Below are positions 34,929 to 45,556 of a stretch of 64,000 nt of DNA, piece after piece. The notes under the pieces were generated by a model, which did no database searches, had not been told where the DNA came from, and was given only the letters and a program-made list of their open reading frames with translations. The stretch's first letter is position 1. The number at the start of each line of letters is the position of its first letter. The position numbers and the translations under genes are program-made. The DNA is from Epithemia pelagica (lineage: Eukaryota > Protista > Bacillariophyta), in NCBI GenBank assembly GCA_946965045.2, contig OX337239.1, positions 372,001 to 436,000 on the forward strand, in the 5' to 3' direction.

Positions 34929-36470
34929 TTAAAAGAAATTTGTTACTTGAATTCGATTAATTTTTGAACATTTTATTAAAATTAATGATTGATTAGTGAA
35001 GCCATCATTGCCAATAAAAAAGTCATTTAATGAAAATTTAATAATTGTATTTACGTATTTAACTTGTTTATTTATATTAAATAATATATTTTTAAATATA
35101 AATGTATTACTATTATTTATTGTTAAATTTTTTGTAATTATTTTTTTGGCCAAATAAAATAAAAAAATAATAAAAATAAAATTAAAATGGCTAAATAAGT
35201 TATAATTAACAAATATAGTTTTTTTAATAATTTGGTTTACAGTATTTAACTTTGTTAATAGAACTCGTAATAATTTCCAACTTGATTTTAAATTATTCAA
35301 CGAAAATAATTTGTTTGTTTGTTTTATGATTCCTTGTGTATTGAAAAATAATTCGATATTTTCAAATATATTTTTTGTTGGTAAATAAAAATGAGTTGAA
35401 TTTTTCGGTAATACTAATGAATTTGAAAACATATTAAAATAATTTTGATTTAGATATGTTTTTTTAATTGACATCAAGTTAATAATTTTTGTTAAATATA
35501 GTAATTTAATTTTTGTTAATATTAATAAATTTTTATTTTCAATATTAATAAAATAAATAAAACTAAATTGATAAATAATTTTATTAGTGTTGTTAGAATC
35601 TGTATTAATTAAATTAATACCAGTATTCCAAATTGATGAATTTAATATATTTAATTTGTAAAAATAAATGAACTTATTTAAATATAACATAATTATATAA
35701 ATAATAGGATTATCAATACGTTTATATAAATCGGAATTAAATATAAAAAATGGTGCTTTCGCAGCTATTATATTTTGACAAATTGGATGGCGACCTTCCG
35801 TAATCAAAATAAGAGTTTTTAAATTATTACTCAACAATTTAAATGAAAAAACTAAATTAAAAAATGAACTAATACTAAATAATTTAAAGGAACCTTTCAA
35901 AAAACGCTGTTTTAGTTTTAAATATAATAAACTATTTTGCAATTTTATATTTGAATTAATTAATAAACACATATTTGAGTTATTTAATTTTATTAAATTA
36001 AACAATAAAGTATGCTCTAAATTATTATTTGTTTTAACATTATTAGCATTGATAATTTTAAAGAAAAAGTATTTTTGTTTAAATAAAGCTAATAAACATA
36101 ACGAATTTAAATTTAAGTATTCATAAACAATATAAAAATAACTTATAAACCGATATTTTAAAAAATTTAATTCAAAAATATACAATGTTTGTACTAAAGT
36201 TTTGGCTAATTTTTTAATTTTATTAAAAAATAGAAAATTAGTAGTATTAAAATTTTTTAGACCATCAAAAAAATAACGTGTTTTATTATTTATATATGAG
36301 TTTTTATGAAATTGACTTGAGTAAGTTGGTTCGATTTGCAAAATTTGATTTTTATTAATTAAAAATTTTACATTTGAACAAAAAGTGTCAATCGGATCAA
36401 AATGCACAATTTGTTGAATTTCCCACCCACGTATTTCAAAAGGATAATTTTTAGTCGTTAACGCTCCTAT
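34929..36470 (-). CDS. nad11: NADH dehydrogenase subunit 11, C-terminal part (nad11b)
   Basis: The frame opens upstream of the ORF-track GTG (36407) with [17 protein letters not shown], the conserved GALT..PY.F..R.WE motif. No ATG; ATA at 36470 is proposed as the start. The rest is a divergent molybdopterin-like domain. Confidence 0.8.
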   Translation of the reverse strand: MGALTTKNYPFEIRGWEIQQIVHFDPIDTFCSNVKFLINKNQILQIEPTYSSQFHKNSYINNKTRYFFDGLKNFNTTNFLFFNKIKKLAKTLVQTLYIFELNFLKYRFISYFYIVYEYLNLNSLCLLALFKQKYFFFKIINANNVKTNNNLEHTLLFNLIKLNNSNMCLLINSNIKLQNSLLYLKLKQRFLKGSFKLFSISSFFNLVFSFKLLSNNLKTLILITEGRHPICQNIIAAKAPFFIFNSDLYKRIDNPIIYIIMLYLNKFIYFYKLNILNSSIWNTGINLINTDSNNTNKIIYQFSFIYFINIENKNLLILTKIKLLYLTKIINLMSIKKTYLNQNYFNMFSNSLVLPKNSTHFYLPTKNIFENIELFFNTQGIIKQTNKLFSLNNLKSSWKLLRVLLTKLNTVNQIIKKTIFVNYNLFSHFNFIFIIFLFYLAKKIITKNLTINNSNTFIFKNILFNINKQVKYVNTIIKFSLNDFFIGNDGFTNQSLILIKCSKINRIQVTNFF

Positions 36471-37065
36471 TGAAAATTTGATTAGTCAACCAACCAACAG
36501 GACAAATATCAATTACATTAGCTGATAGCTCGGAAAATATTATTTTATGTGTGTATGATCCAATTTCACTTTTATTACCCCGCCCAAAAACACCTAACTC
36601 ATTTGATCCACAAATATCATTAAAAAACCTAACACAACGCGTGCAGTGAATACACCTTGTCATAACAGTTTTTATAATAGGTCCAAGTTCCTTATCGTTA
36701 ACAATACGTTTGTAATTAAAAAAACGACGTTTAATAAAACCAAAAAAAATTGACTGATCCTGTAAGTCACAATCGCCACCTTGGTCACAAATCGGACAGT
36801 CTAATGGATGGTTCAATAATAAAAATTCAATTATATTTTCACGAGCTTTTTTAACTAATGGAGTATCAAAAAAAATTTGATTTTTATTTAAAATAATTTC
36901 AATATTGGTTGAACATGATACTATAGGTTTTGGTGCTTTATTAATTTCAACTAAACAAACTCGGCAATTACCCGCTATTGATAAATCATTATAAAAACAG
37001 TAATGTGGTATTTGTATACCATTAGTAATTAAATATAATAATAATGATACTTTTTTAATACTCAT
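36451..37065 (-). CDS. nad11: NADH dehydrogenase subunit 11, N-terminal Fe-S part (nad11a)
   Basis: [53 protein letters not shown]; ATG at 37065. Confidence 0.95.
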   Translation of the reverse strand: MSIKKVSLLLYLITNGIQIPHYCFYNDLSIAGNCRVCLVEINKAPKPIVSCSTNIEIILNKNQIFFDTPLVKKARENIIEFLLLNHPLDCPICDQGGDCDLQDQSIFFGFIKRRFFNYKRIVNDKELGPIIKTVMTRCIHCTRCVRFFNDICGSNELGVFGRGNKSEIGSYTHKIIFSELSANVIDICPVGWLTNQIFNRSVND

Positions 37066-37106
37066 TTTAATTTTTTGTATAAAAAACAAGTTATTGTTTA
37101 AAACTA

Positions 37107-37310
37107 TTATATAGTTTTAAACAATAATTTGTTTGCAGTTATAATAGCTTTTAATAAAATTGAATTTTGAGTTTTTAAAATTTTTGTTCGAAATTTAAAT
37201 GTTGTTATATTTTGCACAAATAAAATTGAAAAAGTTAAATAATAAAATATTAAAGTTAATGTTAAGTCTTTTAATAGTGAAAAAATAAGTAATAAATCAA
37301 ACTGAGGCAT
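37107..37310 (-). CDS. atp8: ATP synthase subunit 8
   Basis: Begins MPQFD; 67 aa with one hydrophobic segment. Confidence 0.9.
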   Translation of the reverse strand: MPQFDLLLIFSLLKDLTLTLIFYYLTFSILFVQNITTFKFRTKILKTQNSILLKAIITANKLLFKTI

Positions 37311-37340
37311 TTTTGTTTATTATTTTTTAATTGTTACAAC

Positions 37341-37658
37341 TTAAAATTTCGTTAATAATAATCCTTTAACTAAATTAATATCAATGGACTTTTTTAATTT
37401 ATATAATATTATCAATAATGATAAGCCAATTGCGGATTCACATGTTATAATAGTTAAAATAAATATAACAAAAATATGTCCAACAATATCGTCTAAATAT
37501 ATAGCAGTAATTACAAAATTTAAATTTAAGCCCAAAAATAAAACTTCAATGGAAACCAAAATCATAAAAATATTCCGTTTATTTATAAATATACCGAAAA
37601 AACCAATAATAAATATTAAAATATTGCAAGTTATAATATAAAAAATTAATTCAAACAT
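37341..37658 (-). CDS. nad4L: NADH dehydrogenase subunit 4L
   Basis: GIFINKRNIFMILVSIE, TCESAIGLSLL; ATG at 37658. Confidence 0.95.
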   Translation of the reverse strand: MFELIFYIITCNILIFIIGFFGIFINKRNIFMILVSIEVLFLGLNLNFVITAIYLDDIVGHIFVIFILTIITCESAIGLSLLIILYKLKKSIDINLVKGLLLTKF

Positions 37659-37661
37659 TAA

Positions 37662-37734
37662 CAAGTATATTAGGATTCGAACCTAAATAATTAAGCTTAA
37701 AAGGCTCACACTCAACCAATTGAGTTATATACTT
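37662..37734 (-). tRNA. trnK: tRNA-Lys(UUU)
   Basis: Anticodon arm TGAGC-CTTTTAA-GCTTA, acceptor AAGTATA/TATACTT. Confidence 0.9.
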
Positions 37735-37759
37735 GTTATTATTTGCTTTTTAATTAATA

Positions 37760-37987
37760 TTAAAAAGCAAATAATAATAAAAAAGCAATCATTAATGAAA
37801 ACAATGCTATAGCTTCGGTTAAAGCAAAACCCAATATAGCCATTTTGAAAAGCTCGTCTTTCAACGAGGGATTTCGAGCCATTGAATTTAATAAAGAACC
37901 AAAAACATTTCCAATACCAATACCAGCACCAGCCAAACCAAATGTGGCTAAACCAGCTCCAATGCATTTTGCTGCTTGTAATAACAT
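37760..37987 (-). CDS. atp9: ATP synthase subunit c
   Basis: [36 protein letters not shown]. Confidence 0.99.
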   Translation of the reverse strand: MLLQAAKCIGAGLATFGLAGAGIGIGNVFGSLLNSMARNPSLKDELFKMAILGFALTEAIALFSLMIAFLLLFAF

Positions 37988-38045
37988 ACTATATTATAAA
38001 AATTTAATATGAAAATCGATTTATAATAACACTTATTATACAATT

Positions 38046-39027
38046 AAACCAAATAACTGTGAAAATTGATTTTTTATACTATTTTAAAAAATAGAAAACG
38101 GATAAATAAAATCATAGGTTACTACCTATGATTTATGATTTTTCGTGATTTTGATACTAATTTAAGCCTTATTATGTACCGAATTTTGAAACACAAATTT
38201 TCAATTTTTAAATAAAATTTTCAAATTTGTGGTTGAAAATTACTTATTAAAATTATATCTTTTCAACCAAATGACCAAATAATTATGCAAAATTATTTTT
38301 ATTTCAATAAAATGAAATAAAATGATAATTAAAATCACTTATTAATAAATTGATTATCATTGATTTTTTATACTACTTAAAAAATAATAACCAAATAACT
38401 ATGCAAAATTGATTTTATTCTAATAAAATGAAATAAAATGATAATCAAAATTAATTATTAATTATTAAAATCATTGATTTTTTATACTATTTTAAAAAAT
38501 AAAAAACGGATAACCAAAACAGATAAATAAAATCATAGGTTACTACCTATGATTTGTGATTTTTTGTGATTTTGATACTAATTTAAGCCTTATTATATAC
38601 CGAATTTTGAACCACAAATTTTCAATTTTTAAATAAAATTGAAAATTTGTGGTTCAAAATTATTTGTTAAAATTATATCTTTTCAACCAAATGACCAAAT
38701 AATTATGCAAAATTATTTTTATTTTAATAAAATGAAATAAAATGATAATTAAAATCACTTATTAATAAATTGATTATCATTGATTTTTTATACTATTTTA
38801 AAAAATAAAAAACGGATAACCAAAACAGATAAATAAAATCATAGGTTACTACCTATGATTTATGATTTTTTGTGATTTTGATACTAATTTAAGCCTTATT
38901 ATATACCGAATTTTGAACCACAAATTTTCAATTTTTAAATAAAATTTTCAAATTTGTGGTTGAAAATTATTTATTAAAATTATATCTTTTCAACCAAATG
39001 ACCAAATAATTATGCAAAATTGATTTG
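38046..39027 (+). repeat. Array 3: about three more diverged copies of the ~305-bp unit
   Basis: Contains AAATCATAGGTTACTACCTATGATTT three times (near 38108, 38532 and 38838) plus the long GAACCACAAA hairpin, with substitutions. Confidence 0.92.
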
Positions 39028-39067
39028 ATATATACTAAAATATAATCAAGTATTAAATAAAGTGTGT

Positions 39068-39442
39068 TTATATTAAATTATATGAAACAGTTAATAATTT
39101 ATAAAATCGATTTTTAAAAAAACGTGGTATAATATCAGTAATTCGATTTGCGATAGGATTATTTTGTTTATTTAATAATATGATGTCATTTGTTTGAAAT
39201 TTTAACTTAAAACCAGTATTTTTTTGATTAATCGATTTGGTTTTAACAATAATGGCTTTAAAAATAGTGTGTTTTTTTATATTTAATTTATTTGTGTTTT
39301 TTTTTAAACCAGTAATGGCGACCAAAACAATATCACCAATGTATGCTTGTTTTTTTTTATAACCACCAAAAACTTTAATACATTTAGCGGTTTTAGCTCC
39401 TGAATTATCAATTATTTTTAAATTGGTTTTATGTTGAATCAT
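39068..39442 (-). CDS. rpl14: Ribosomal protein L14
   Basis: MIQHKTNLKIIDNSGAKTAKCIKV; ATG at 39442. Confidence 0.95.
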   Translation of the reverse strand: MIQHKTNLKIIDNSGAKTAKCIKVFGGYKKKQAYIGDIVLVAITGLKKNTNKLNIKKHTIFKAIIVKTKSINQKNTGFKLKFQTNDIILLNKQNNPIANRITDIIPRFFKNRFYKLLTVSYNLI

Positions 39443-39443
39443 T

Positions 39444-39806
39444 TTATTTCCATCGATAAAAAAATAAAATTTTTTTATAATCAAATAATATTTTATCATT
39501 ATACTGTTTTTTTAACATTATTATTTTATTAATATTTGAAATATTAATTTTATTTTTGACTAAAAATTTTATGCTATAAAAATATTTTGTTTGCAATAGA
39601 AATATTATTTTATAACTGTTATTTGTTTTAAAAACTAGTTTAAATAAAAATAATAATAAGCAAAGAAATATTTTGAATAAATTTTTACCATTATACTTTT
39701 TATAAATAATAAATTGTTTGACCAATTGTTTAAATAATTTTTCACTTAATGGTTTACTACCTTTAAGCAAAAGAGTTTGAATGATTGAAGTTTTCAGTTT
39801 TAACAT
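39444..39806 (-). CDS. rps7: Ribosomal protein S7 (short, divergent)
   Basis: Lies directly downstream of rps12; [12 protein letters not shown] resembles the S7 LM..GKK..AE motif; ends YRWK. Confidence 0.7.
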   Translation of the reverse strand: MLKLKTSIIQTLLLKGSKPLSEKLFKQLVKQFIIYKKYNGKNLFKIFLCLLLFLFKLVFKTNNSYKIIFLLQTKYFYSIKFLVKNKINISNINKIIMLKKQYNDKILFDYKKILFFYRWK

Positions 39807-40174
39807 AATTTTTTAGTACCATATTTTGACCGCGATGATTTGCGATCCTTTATGCCCAACAGATCATACTTGCCCCTTATTGTTTTATATTTAATACCAG
39901 GAATGTCTTTAACACGACCACCGCGAATCAATACGGTTGAAAATTCAAGTAAATTATGACCTTCACCTGGTATATGAGCATAAACAATTTTGTTTGTAGT
40001 TAGTTTTAATTTGACAAGTTTTCGTAAAGCGGAGTTTGGTTTTTTCGGTGCTTTTATTACTAGTTTTAAACAAACACCACGCTTTTGAGGACATTTATTT
40101 AAAGCTATTGCTTTATTTTTTTTTGATTTTTGTTTTTGAAAATATATTTTTTTATATAATTGATTTAATGACAT
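39800..40174 (-). CDS. rps12: Ribosomal protein S12
   Basis: [35 protein letters not shown]; ATG at 40174. Confidence 0.98.
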   Translation of the reverse strand: MSLNQLYKKIYFQKQKSKKNKAIALNKCPQKRGVCLKLVIKAPKKPNSALRKLVKLKLTTNKIVYAHIPGEGHNLLEFSTVLIRGGRVKDIPGIKYKTIRGKYDLLGIKDRKSSRSKYGTKKLC

Positions 40175-40186
40175 ATTACTAATTAC

Positions 40187-40269
40187 TACCAAAAAAGGGA
40201 CTTGAACCCTTAAACTACTATATAACTAGGTCCTAAAACTAGTGTGTTTACCAATTTCACCATTTTGGT
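40187..40269 (-). tRNA. trnL: tRNA-Leu(UAG)
   Basis: Loop TT-TAG-GA, long variable arm, acceptor ACCAAAA/TTTTGGT. Confidence 0.88.
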
Positions 40270-40275
40270 TACAAA

Positions 40276-40360
40276 TACTCAATATTGGACTCGAACCAAT
40301 AATTTAAAATAAAAAATCAAATTTTAAGTCTGACGTGTTTACCAATTTCACCAAATGAGT
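40276..40360 (-). tRNA. trnL: tRNA-Leu(UAA)
   Basis: Anticodon arm TCAGA-CTTAAAA-TTTGA, long variable arm. Confidence 0.9.
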
Positions 40361-40362
40361 GT

Positions 40363-41025
40363 TTAATTAAAAAGTTTATTTATATATAAATAATTAGGAA
40401 ATTCCAATGTAAAATTTTCAATTTTCATATTATTAAAATAAACTAGTTCCTTTGTAACATAATTGATCATATAATTTGAAAAAGGCAATACCCATTTAAA
40501 ACAGTAAATTAAAAATTTATTATAATTTATTAAACAATTTATAACTTTAATAAAATAACCTGATTTTACTATAAATGATTTTTTCTTAGTCTTAATATCA
40601 TTTATAAAAATATACCCAGTTTTTATTGCATAATGAGTAGCTCGAATTGTTAAATAATATTTGGATTTTAATAATATTATATCAAGTCGATTTTCCAAAA
40701 AATTAAAAATTGTATTTTGTTTAAAATTTTTAGTATTATTTATTTTCATTATACTTTGGTATAAAAATTTAAATATTTTGTTATATATAATTGAATGCTT
40801 ATAATTGTTTTTATAACTACTAAACTTCGTTGAATAATAATTTAATAAGTTTTTTTTTTGATCGATTAATTTAAATTTATAATGTTTTTTATTTATAAAG
40901 TTAAGTTTATAAAAATTAATAAATTTTTGCCATTTTTTTTTTTTAAAATTAAAAAATTTATAGTTTTTAATTGTCTGTTCGTTTACAGTTAAAATTTTTT
41001 TTAATTTTGGTTTATAATAATTCAC
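40363..41025 (-). CDS. rps4: Ribosomal protein S4
   Basis: FLENRLDIIL and IKTGYIFIND match the S4 domain; GTG start. Confidence 0.88.
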   Translation of the reverse strand: MNYYKPKLKKILTVNEQTIKNYKFFNFKKKKWQKFINFYKLNFINKKHYKFKLIDQKKNLLNYYSTKFSSYKNNYKHSIIYNKIFKFLYQSIMKINNTKNFKQNTIFNFLENRLDIILLKSKYYLTIRATHYAIKTGYIFINDIKTKKKSFIVKSGYFIKVINCLINYNKFLIYCFKWVLPFSNYMINYVTKELVYFNNMKIENFTLEFPNYLYINKLFN

Positions 41026-41551
41026 GTATATTATTAAATTTTATCAATTTATAAAGCAATAAATAAAATAGTTTATTTTGAATTTGTATTGGTAATCCAA
41101 ATTGTAATAAATAAGGTTTTGTACTTATTGTATTATTTATATTAATATTCAAAATATTTGATTTGATTACTTCCTTTGTAAATGAAAATTTTTTAAATAT
41201 TATGATTAAACTTAAAGTATATTTTGATTTTAGTTTTATAAAGAGTTTATGGAATCTTTTCGATAAGTGAATGGTATTAAAAATTAAATAATTAGTTAAA
41301 ATACCATTTACCCAAAATTGATTTGGAATAAATAAATGTTTATGATGTGCTTTGATTAATTTCAAAAGTCCTACTACTGTTTTATTTATACCTAAAAATA
41401 ATATTTGTTTATTTGTTGAATGAAATTTATAAATAATTTGTATTATTTTTTTATAAACAATATTAATAATAATAGTTTTAAAAATATTATTATTTATAAA
41501 TTTGATGTTAAAATTATTATTATATATATAATCAAATTTTAGTAATTTCAT
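41012..41551 (-). CDS. rps2: Ribosomal protein S2 (divergent)
   Basis: ILFLG and FWVNGILTN motifs; sits in the rps8-rpl6-rps2-rps4 cluster. Confidence 0.75.
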   Translation of the reverse strand: MKLLKFDYIYNNNFNIKFINNNIFKTIIINIVYKKIIQIIYKFHSTNKQILFLGINKTVVGLLKLIKAHHKHLFIPNQFWVNGILTNYLIFNTIHLSKRFHKLFIKLKSKYTLSLIIIFKKFSFTKEVIKSNILNININNTISTKPYLLQFGLPIQIQNKLFYLLLYKLIKFNNIRELL

Positions 41552-41556
41552 TAATA

Positions 41557-42135
41557 TTAAATATGCTTTATTTTTTTTAAATGAATATTTTCGTTATAAA
41601 AAAAAACACCTTTACCAGTGTAAACATCAATCGGTTTTAGTAATTTTATAAAATTACTATATTTTAAAATAGCTAATAAACTATTTGATAGTAAAAAAAG
41701 CATTTGCGTATTATGAAAATTTTTTATAGTAATATTTTTTATCAACTTAAAGTATATTGAATGACTGAAACCAAACTTAAAAATCAATATACTGTCATTA
41801 GCCATAAATTTATGTACTTTAAATCCTACCCCTATTAATTTTAGTTGCTTGTAAATTTTGTAATTATTTAATTCAAATATAAACTGTTTTAAAAAGCTTA
41901 CAATAATTGACTTTTGAATTATTAATGAATACTCAAATATTTTTAATACTAAATTATTTATTAAAAAAATCCTTTTTTTTAATAATATTAAGTTAAAATT
42001 TAATTTTAATTTTACTGCTTTAATTACATTATTATATTTTAAAATAAACAATTTATGATTTTTTTCATTTATCAAAATTAAAGTAATGTGTTTTGGTATT
42101 GGAATTAAATAAATTTTTTTTAATTGGCTTTTCAT
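41557..42135 (-). CDS. rpl6: Ribosomal protein L6
   Basis: LKLIGVGFK, FKFGFSH, PIDVYTGKG. Confidence 0.92.
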   Translation of the reverse strand: MKSQLKKIYLIPIPKHITLILINEKNHKLFILKYNNVIKAVKLKLNFNLILLKKRIFLINNLVLKIFEYSLIIQKSIIVSFLKQFIFELNNYKIYKQLKLIGVGFKVHKFMANDSILIFKFGFSHSIYFKLIKNITIKNFHNTQMLFLLSNSLLAILKYSNFIKLLKPIDVYTGKGVFFYNENIHLKKIKHI

Positions 42136-42152
42136 AAGCTAGTATAAAATTA

Positions 42153-42551
42153 TTAATTAATTAATAATAGTAGCCTTCCATTAATATTTGCTTTTTGACA
42201 TTCTATTAATGATTTTAGACCATGTTTTGTCAAAAATATATAATAACTATTTGATTTTAATTTATATATTTGGTTTATCGAAAAATTAAAATTTCGCTTT
42301 GAACAAATAAATATTTTTGTATATTTCAAAACTGGCTTATTATTAAAGTATTTTAAATAAATTTTTAGTTTATTATTCCCATCATTATTATATTTTATAT
42401 TGTAATATAAAATATAACCATTGTTCCATAGTAAATTTAAAATAGGCTTGTATACTAAATTATTTTTTTCAATCACTAATAGTTTTTTGTTAAATTGTGC
42501 ATTTTTAAAATTTATTAATAATATTTGAATTTTTTTTATTATTTTCAGCAT
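42153..42551 (-). CDS. rps8: Ribosomal protein S8
   Basis: ILNLLWNNGYI, LKIYLKY, LTKHGLKSLIEC...NGRLL. Confidence 0.88.
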   Translation of the reverse strand: MLKIIKKIQILLINFKNAQFNKKLLVIEKNNLVYKPILNLLWNNGYILYYNIKYNNDGNNKLKIYLKYFNNKPVLKYTKIFICSKRNFNFSINQIYKLKSNSYYIFLTKHGLKSLIECQKANINGRLLLLIN

Positions 42552-42559
42552 ATATTTTT

Positions 42560-42633
42560 TGTTTAAAAATAGGTTCGAACTATTGCCTTTTGGATTTTCA
42601 GTCCAATACTCTACCCAACTGAGTTATTTAAAC
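42560..42633 (-). tRNA. trnF: tRNA-Phe(GAA)
   Basis: Anticodon arm TTGGA-CTGAAAA-TCCAA. Confidence 0.92.
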
Positions 42634-42683
42634 TAAAATGAATTAACAGTTAATTAACTATTAGCTCATTTCAAACTATAATT

Positions 42684-43082
42684 TTAAGTTACGATTTTAG
42701 TTTTGATTGGTAATTTAAATTTACAAAATTGTAATATATTTATTAAAACTTTTGTATTTATACTACAAAGCTCTAATAAAATAGTTCCAGCCACAATTTT
42801 AGTAGCAAAAAATGAAATTTTACCAGATCCTTTACCCATTTTTATATTTATTGGTTTTTTTGAAATACGGTAATAATTATTCAATTTATACCAAAATTTT
42901 ACTCTATTTTTAGTTTTTTTTAAAATAATATTTTTTAACGTATTTAATTGTTTTAAATTAATAATACCCGATTGAATAGCTTTTAAACCAACAAAGCCAA
43001 ATTTTAATTTATTATTTTTTAAGGAAATTTTTTTGAGTTTTCCTTTACGAGTATTGTTAAATATTCTATTTTTAATAATCAT
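42684..43082 (-). CDS. rpl16: Ribosomal protein L16
   Basis: FGFVGLKAIQSG, SKKPINIKMGKGSG, KLPIKT; ATG at 43082. Confidence 0.93.
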   Translation of the reverse strand: MIIKNRIFNNTRKGKLKKISLKNNKLKFGFVGLKAIQSGIINLKQLNTLKNIILKKTKNRVKFWYKLNNYYRISKKPINIKMGKGSGKISFFATKIVAGTILLELCSINTKVLINILQFCKFKLPIKTKIVT

Positions 43083-44115
43083 AATTACTGTAAATTTTAA
43101 TACCAATTGTACCTTTTTTTGTAAAACAAGTGGATTGAATAAAATTAAATGTAGTGTTTAATTTTATGTTATTAGGTTGATTACCAATAAAAAAGCGGAT
43201 TTTACTAGCACGTTGATTTTTTGTCAAATTTCCTTTAAGTACAAATTTAATACCACGAATTGCTGATAAAATCAATATGTAATATAAACTAATTTTTAAA
43301 AACCGAACAAATGTGCTATTTACAGTTATTGTTTTTAAATTGTTAAAATTTATCTTTAAAAGTTCAGCTATTATAAAAATATTAAACTGTAAATGTAAAA
43401 TTATTAATATATAATTTAAATTTAATTTGAAAAATTGACTTGTTTTAAATTTTCGTAATTTTAGAATATATAGGATAATTTGTTGTTTTAAAATTTTAGA
43501 ATAATATTTGAAATTTATATTTTTATTAATTTGCTTAAAGATAATAAAAATTGTTGTACTAGTATTTAAAAAATACTTCAATGTTAAAATTAAAATACTA
43601 ATAAAATTATTAATAAAATTATTTTGCCTTATATTGTAATATTTTGTTTTTATAAAATACATGAATTTGAGTGGCTTTATCCTGTTAAAAACAGAATAAA
43701 ATGATACAAATTGAAAAAATAAAAAATAGTATTTAAAAAAAATTATATTTGAAATATTTTTAAATATAATTTTTTTTAAACATGTATTTAAATTATGTAA
43801 CCTAAAATTTAAAATTAAAAAATTACTATTTAAACTGTTTAATATTGAATCTTTCTGTAATAATTTGAAATTTAAAGGATAAAAGTAATAAAATTTATGG
43901 CTGTTATAATTAATAAAAATGGACAAATTTTCAATTTTAATGAAAAGCTTAAAATTACAAATATATAAGCCATATTTTTGAAAAAACCAACTAATAAAAT
44001 TTTGGATTTCATTATGTATTGTTGAAAAAACTTTAAAATCAATAAATTTGTTTTCGGTTAGTTTAAATATAAAATCATTTTTATTTAATAGTCTAAAAAT
44101 AATTGGATTAAGCAT
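43072..44115 (-). CDS. rps3: Ribosomal protein S3
   Basis: NPIIFRL at the N-terminus; IRGIKFVLKG and TKKGTIGIKIY at the C-terminus. Confidence 0.88.
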   Translation of the reverse strand: MLNPIIFRLLNKNDFIFKLTENKFIDFKVFSTIHNEIQNFISWFFQKYGLYICNFKLFIKIENLSIFINYNSHKFYYFYPLNFKLLQKDSILNSLNSNFLILNFRLHNLNTCLKKIIFKNISNIIFFKYYFLFFQFVSFYSVFNRIKPLKFMYFIKTKYYNIRQNNFINNFISILILTLKYFLNTSTTIFIIFKQINKNINFKYYSKILKQQIILYILKLRKFKTSQFFKLNLNYILIILHLQFNIFIIAELLKINFNNLKTITVNSTFVRFLKISLYYILILSAIRGIKFVLKGNLTKNQRASKIRFFIGNQPNNIKLNTTFNFIQSTCFTKKGTIGIKIYSNYDY

Positions 44116-44886
44116 TTATTTATTCAATTTGCCCCATGGTGTTTTATTGAACGATGATTTTTTGCCGTTACCACCACCATTAGCATGATCAAATGAATTC
44201 ATGGCAACACCACGTACAGTTGGCCTGTTGCCAAGCCAACGTGATCGACCAGCTTTACCTAATTGTTTTATAAAATAAAATTCATTTGATATCGAACCAA
44301 TCATACAAAAACAATCAATTGATACTAATAATTTTTGGCTTGATGGTAAAATTAATTTTACAATTGAATTTTTTTTATAAAGTAAAAAACAATAAGTACC
44401 AGCAGCACGAGCAAATTTCCCAATACTGTTTGGAATTGCTGAAACTACAGAAATACAATATCCTATAACAACTTTTTTTAAAGGTATTATATGACCTAAT
44501 TTGTTATCAGCCTCTTTGCCCAATTTAATTATATTTCCAATTTTTAGATTTTTTGGTGAAATTATATAAAAAAAAAATTTTGTTTGTATATTGAAAATGG
44601 ATGCTATTTGTGCATTTCGAAATGGGTCATATTCAATATTGAATGTAATACCAGTTATATTTTGTTGGTTGCTGTAATTAAATTTTATTTTACGATATAA
44701 TTTTTTATTAAAACTTGATTTGTGTCGAATAGTAATTGTCCCTTTATAATTTCGACCAATTGCTCGTTGCCTTGATAATAAAAGCCTTTTAAAAATAAAT
44801 TTTTTTTCAAAATGTAAATAAATATTAAAATAATGTCGTTTTGACGGGCTTGTTGCTTTCCCATTTATAAATTTGTAAAAATTCAT
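44116..44886 (-). CDS. rpl2: Ribosomal protein L2
   Basis: IEYDPFRNAQI, GKAGRSRWLGNRPTVRGVAMN, TPWG. Confidence 0.97.
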   Translation of the reverse strand: MNFYKFINGKATSPSKRHYFNIYLHFEKKFIFKRLLLSRQRAIGRNYKGTITIRHKSSFNKKLYRKIKFNYSNQQNITGITFNIEYDPFRNAQIASIFNIQTKFFFYIISPKNLKIGNIIKLGKEADNKLGHIIPLKKVVIGYCISVVSAIPNSIGKFARAAGTYCFLLYKKNSIVKLILPSSQKLLVSIDCFCMIGSISNEFYFIKQLGKAGRSRWLGNRPTVRGVAMNSFDHANGGGNGKKSSFNKTPWGKLNK

Positions 44887-45389
44887 TGATTTATAATTTG
44901 TTCCAAAAAAACAATTTTTTGACTATACTAATAAAAAATAGACTATTAATAAAAAAATTACAAAAGTATATCGTATTATTAAATAACTTATCAAATCAAA
45001 CATTAATAATTAAATTGCTAAATATTAAAAACAGATTAAATATAGTTACTTTTATAATTTCATTTATATTTAAAAAATCAAATATATTTGTACATATTAC
45101 GGATTGTTTAGGAAATCAATTATACTTTTATTCAGTTGGTTACTTTGGTTATACTATTAAAAAAAATAAAACTACTCAAATACTGCAAAAATTTATTAAA
45201 ACTATCTTTGTAAAGTTGAAATTTTTGATAAACAATAAAGTTGTAATACATTTAGTAAATATAAATTACACCATTTATTGGTTATTAAATAAACTGTATG
45301 AAAAATTATTATTAATTAATATAAAAATATTTAATTGTTTTTCGTACAACGGATGCCGTAAAAAAAAGTTAAAAAGAATAAAAGTATAA
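44886..45389 (+). CDS. rps11: Ribosomal protein S11
   Basis: SNIFVHITDCLGN and FSYNGCRKKK motifs. No ATG anywhere in the ORF; TTG at 44886 or a downstream ATT/ATA start. Confidence 0.85.
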   Translation: MIYNLFQKNNFLTILIKNRLLIKKLQKYIVLLNNLSNQTLIIKLLNIKNRLNIVTFIISFIFKKSNIFVHITDCLGNQLYFYSVGYFGYTIKKNKTTQILQKFIKTIFVKLKFLINNKVVIHLVNINYTIYWLLNKLYEKLLLINIKIFNCFSYNGCRKKKLKRIKV

Positions 45390-45393
45390 ATAT

Positions 45394-45477
45394 AAAGGTA
45401 TGGCTGAGTTGGTTAAAAGCGATGGATTGTAAATCCATTAAATAATAATATCATAGGTTCAAATCCTATTACCTTTA
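45394..45477 (+). tRNA. trnY: tRNA-Tyr(GUA)
   Basis: Anticodon arm ATGGA-TTGTAAA-TCCAT, long variable arm. Confidence 0.92.
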
Positions 45478-45482
45478 AATTA

Positions 45483-45556
45483 CGAAATATGACGTAGTTG
45501 GTTAGCGTGCTAATTTTGGGAATTAGTAATCATGTGTTCAAATCACATTATTTCGA
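45483..45556 (+). tRNA. trnP: tRNA-Pro(UGG)
   Basis: Anticodon arm CTAAT-TTTGGGA-ATTAG, acceptor CGAAATA/TATTTCG. Confidence 0.92.
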
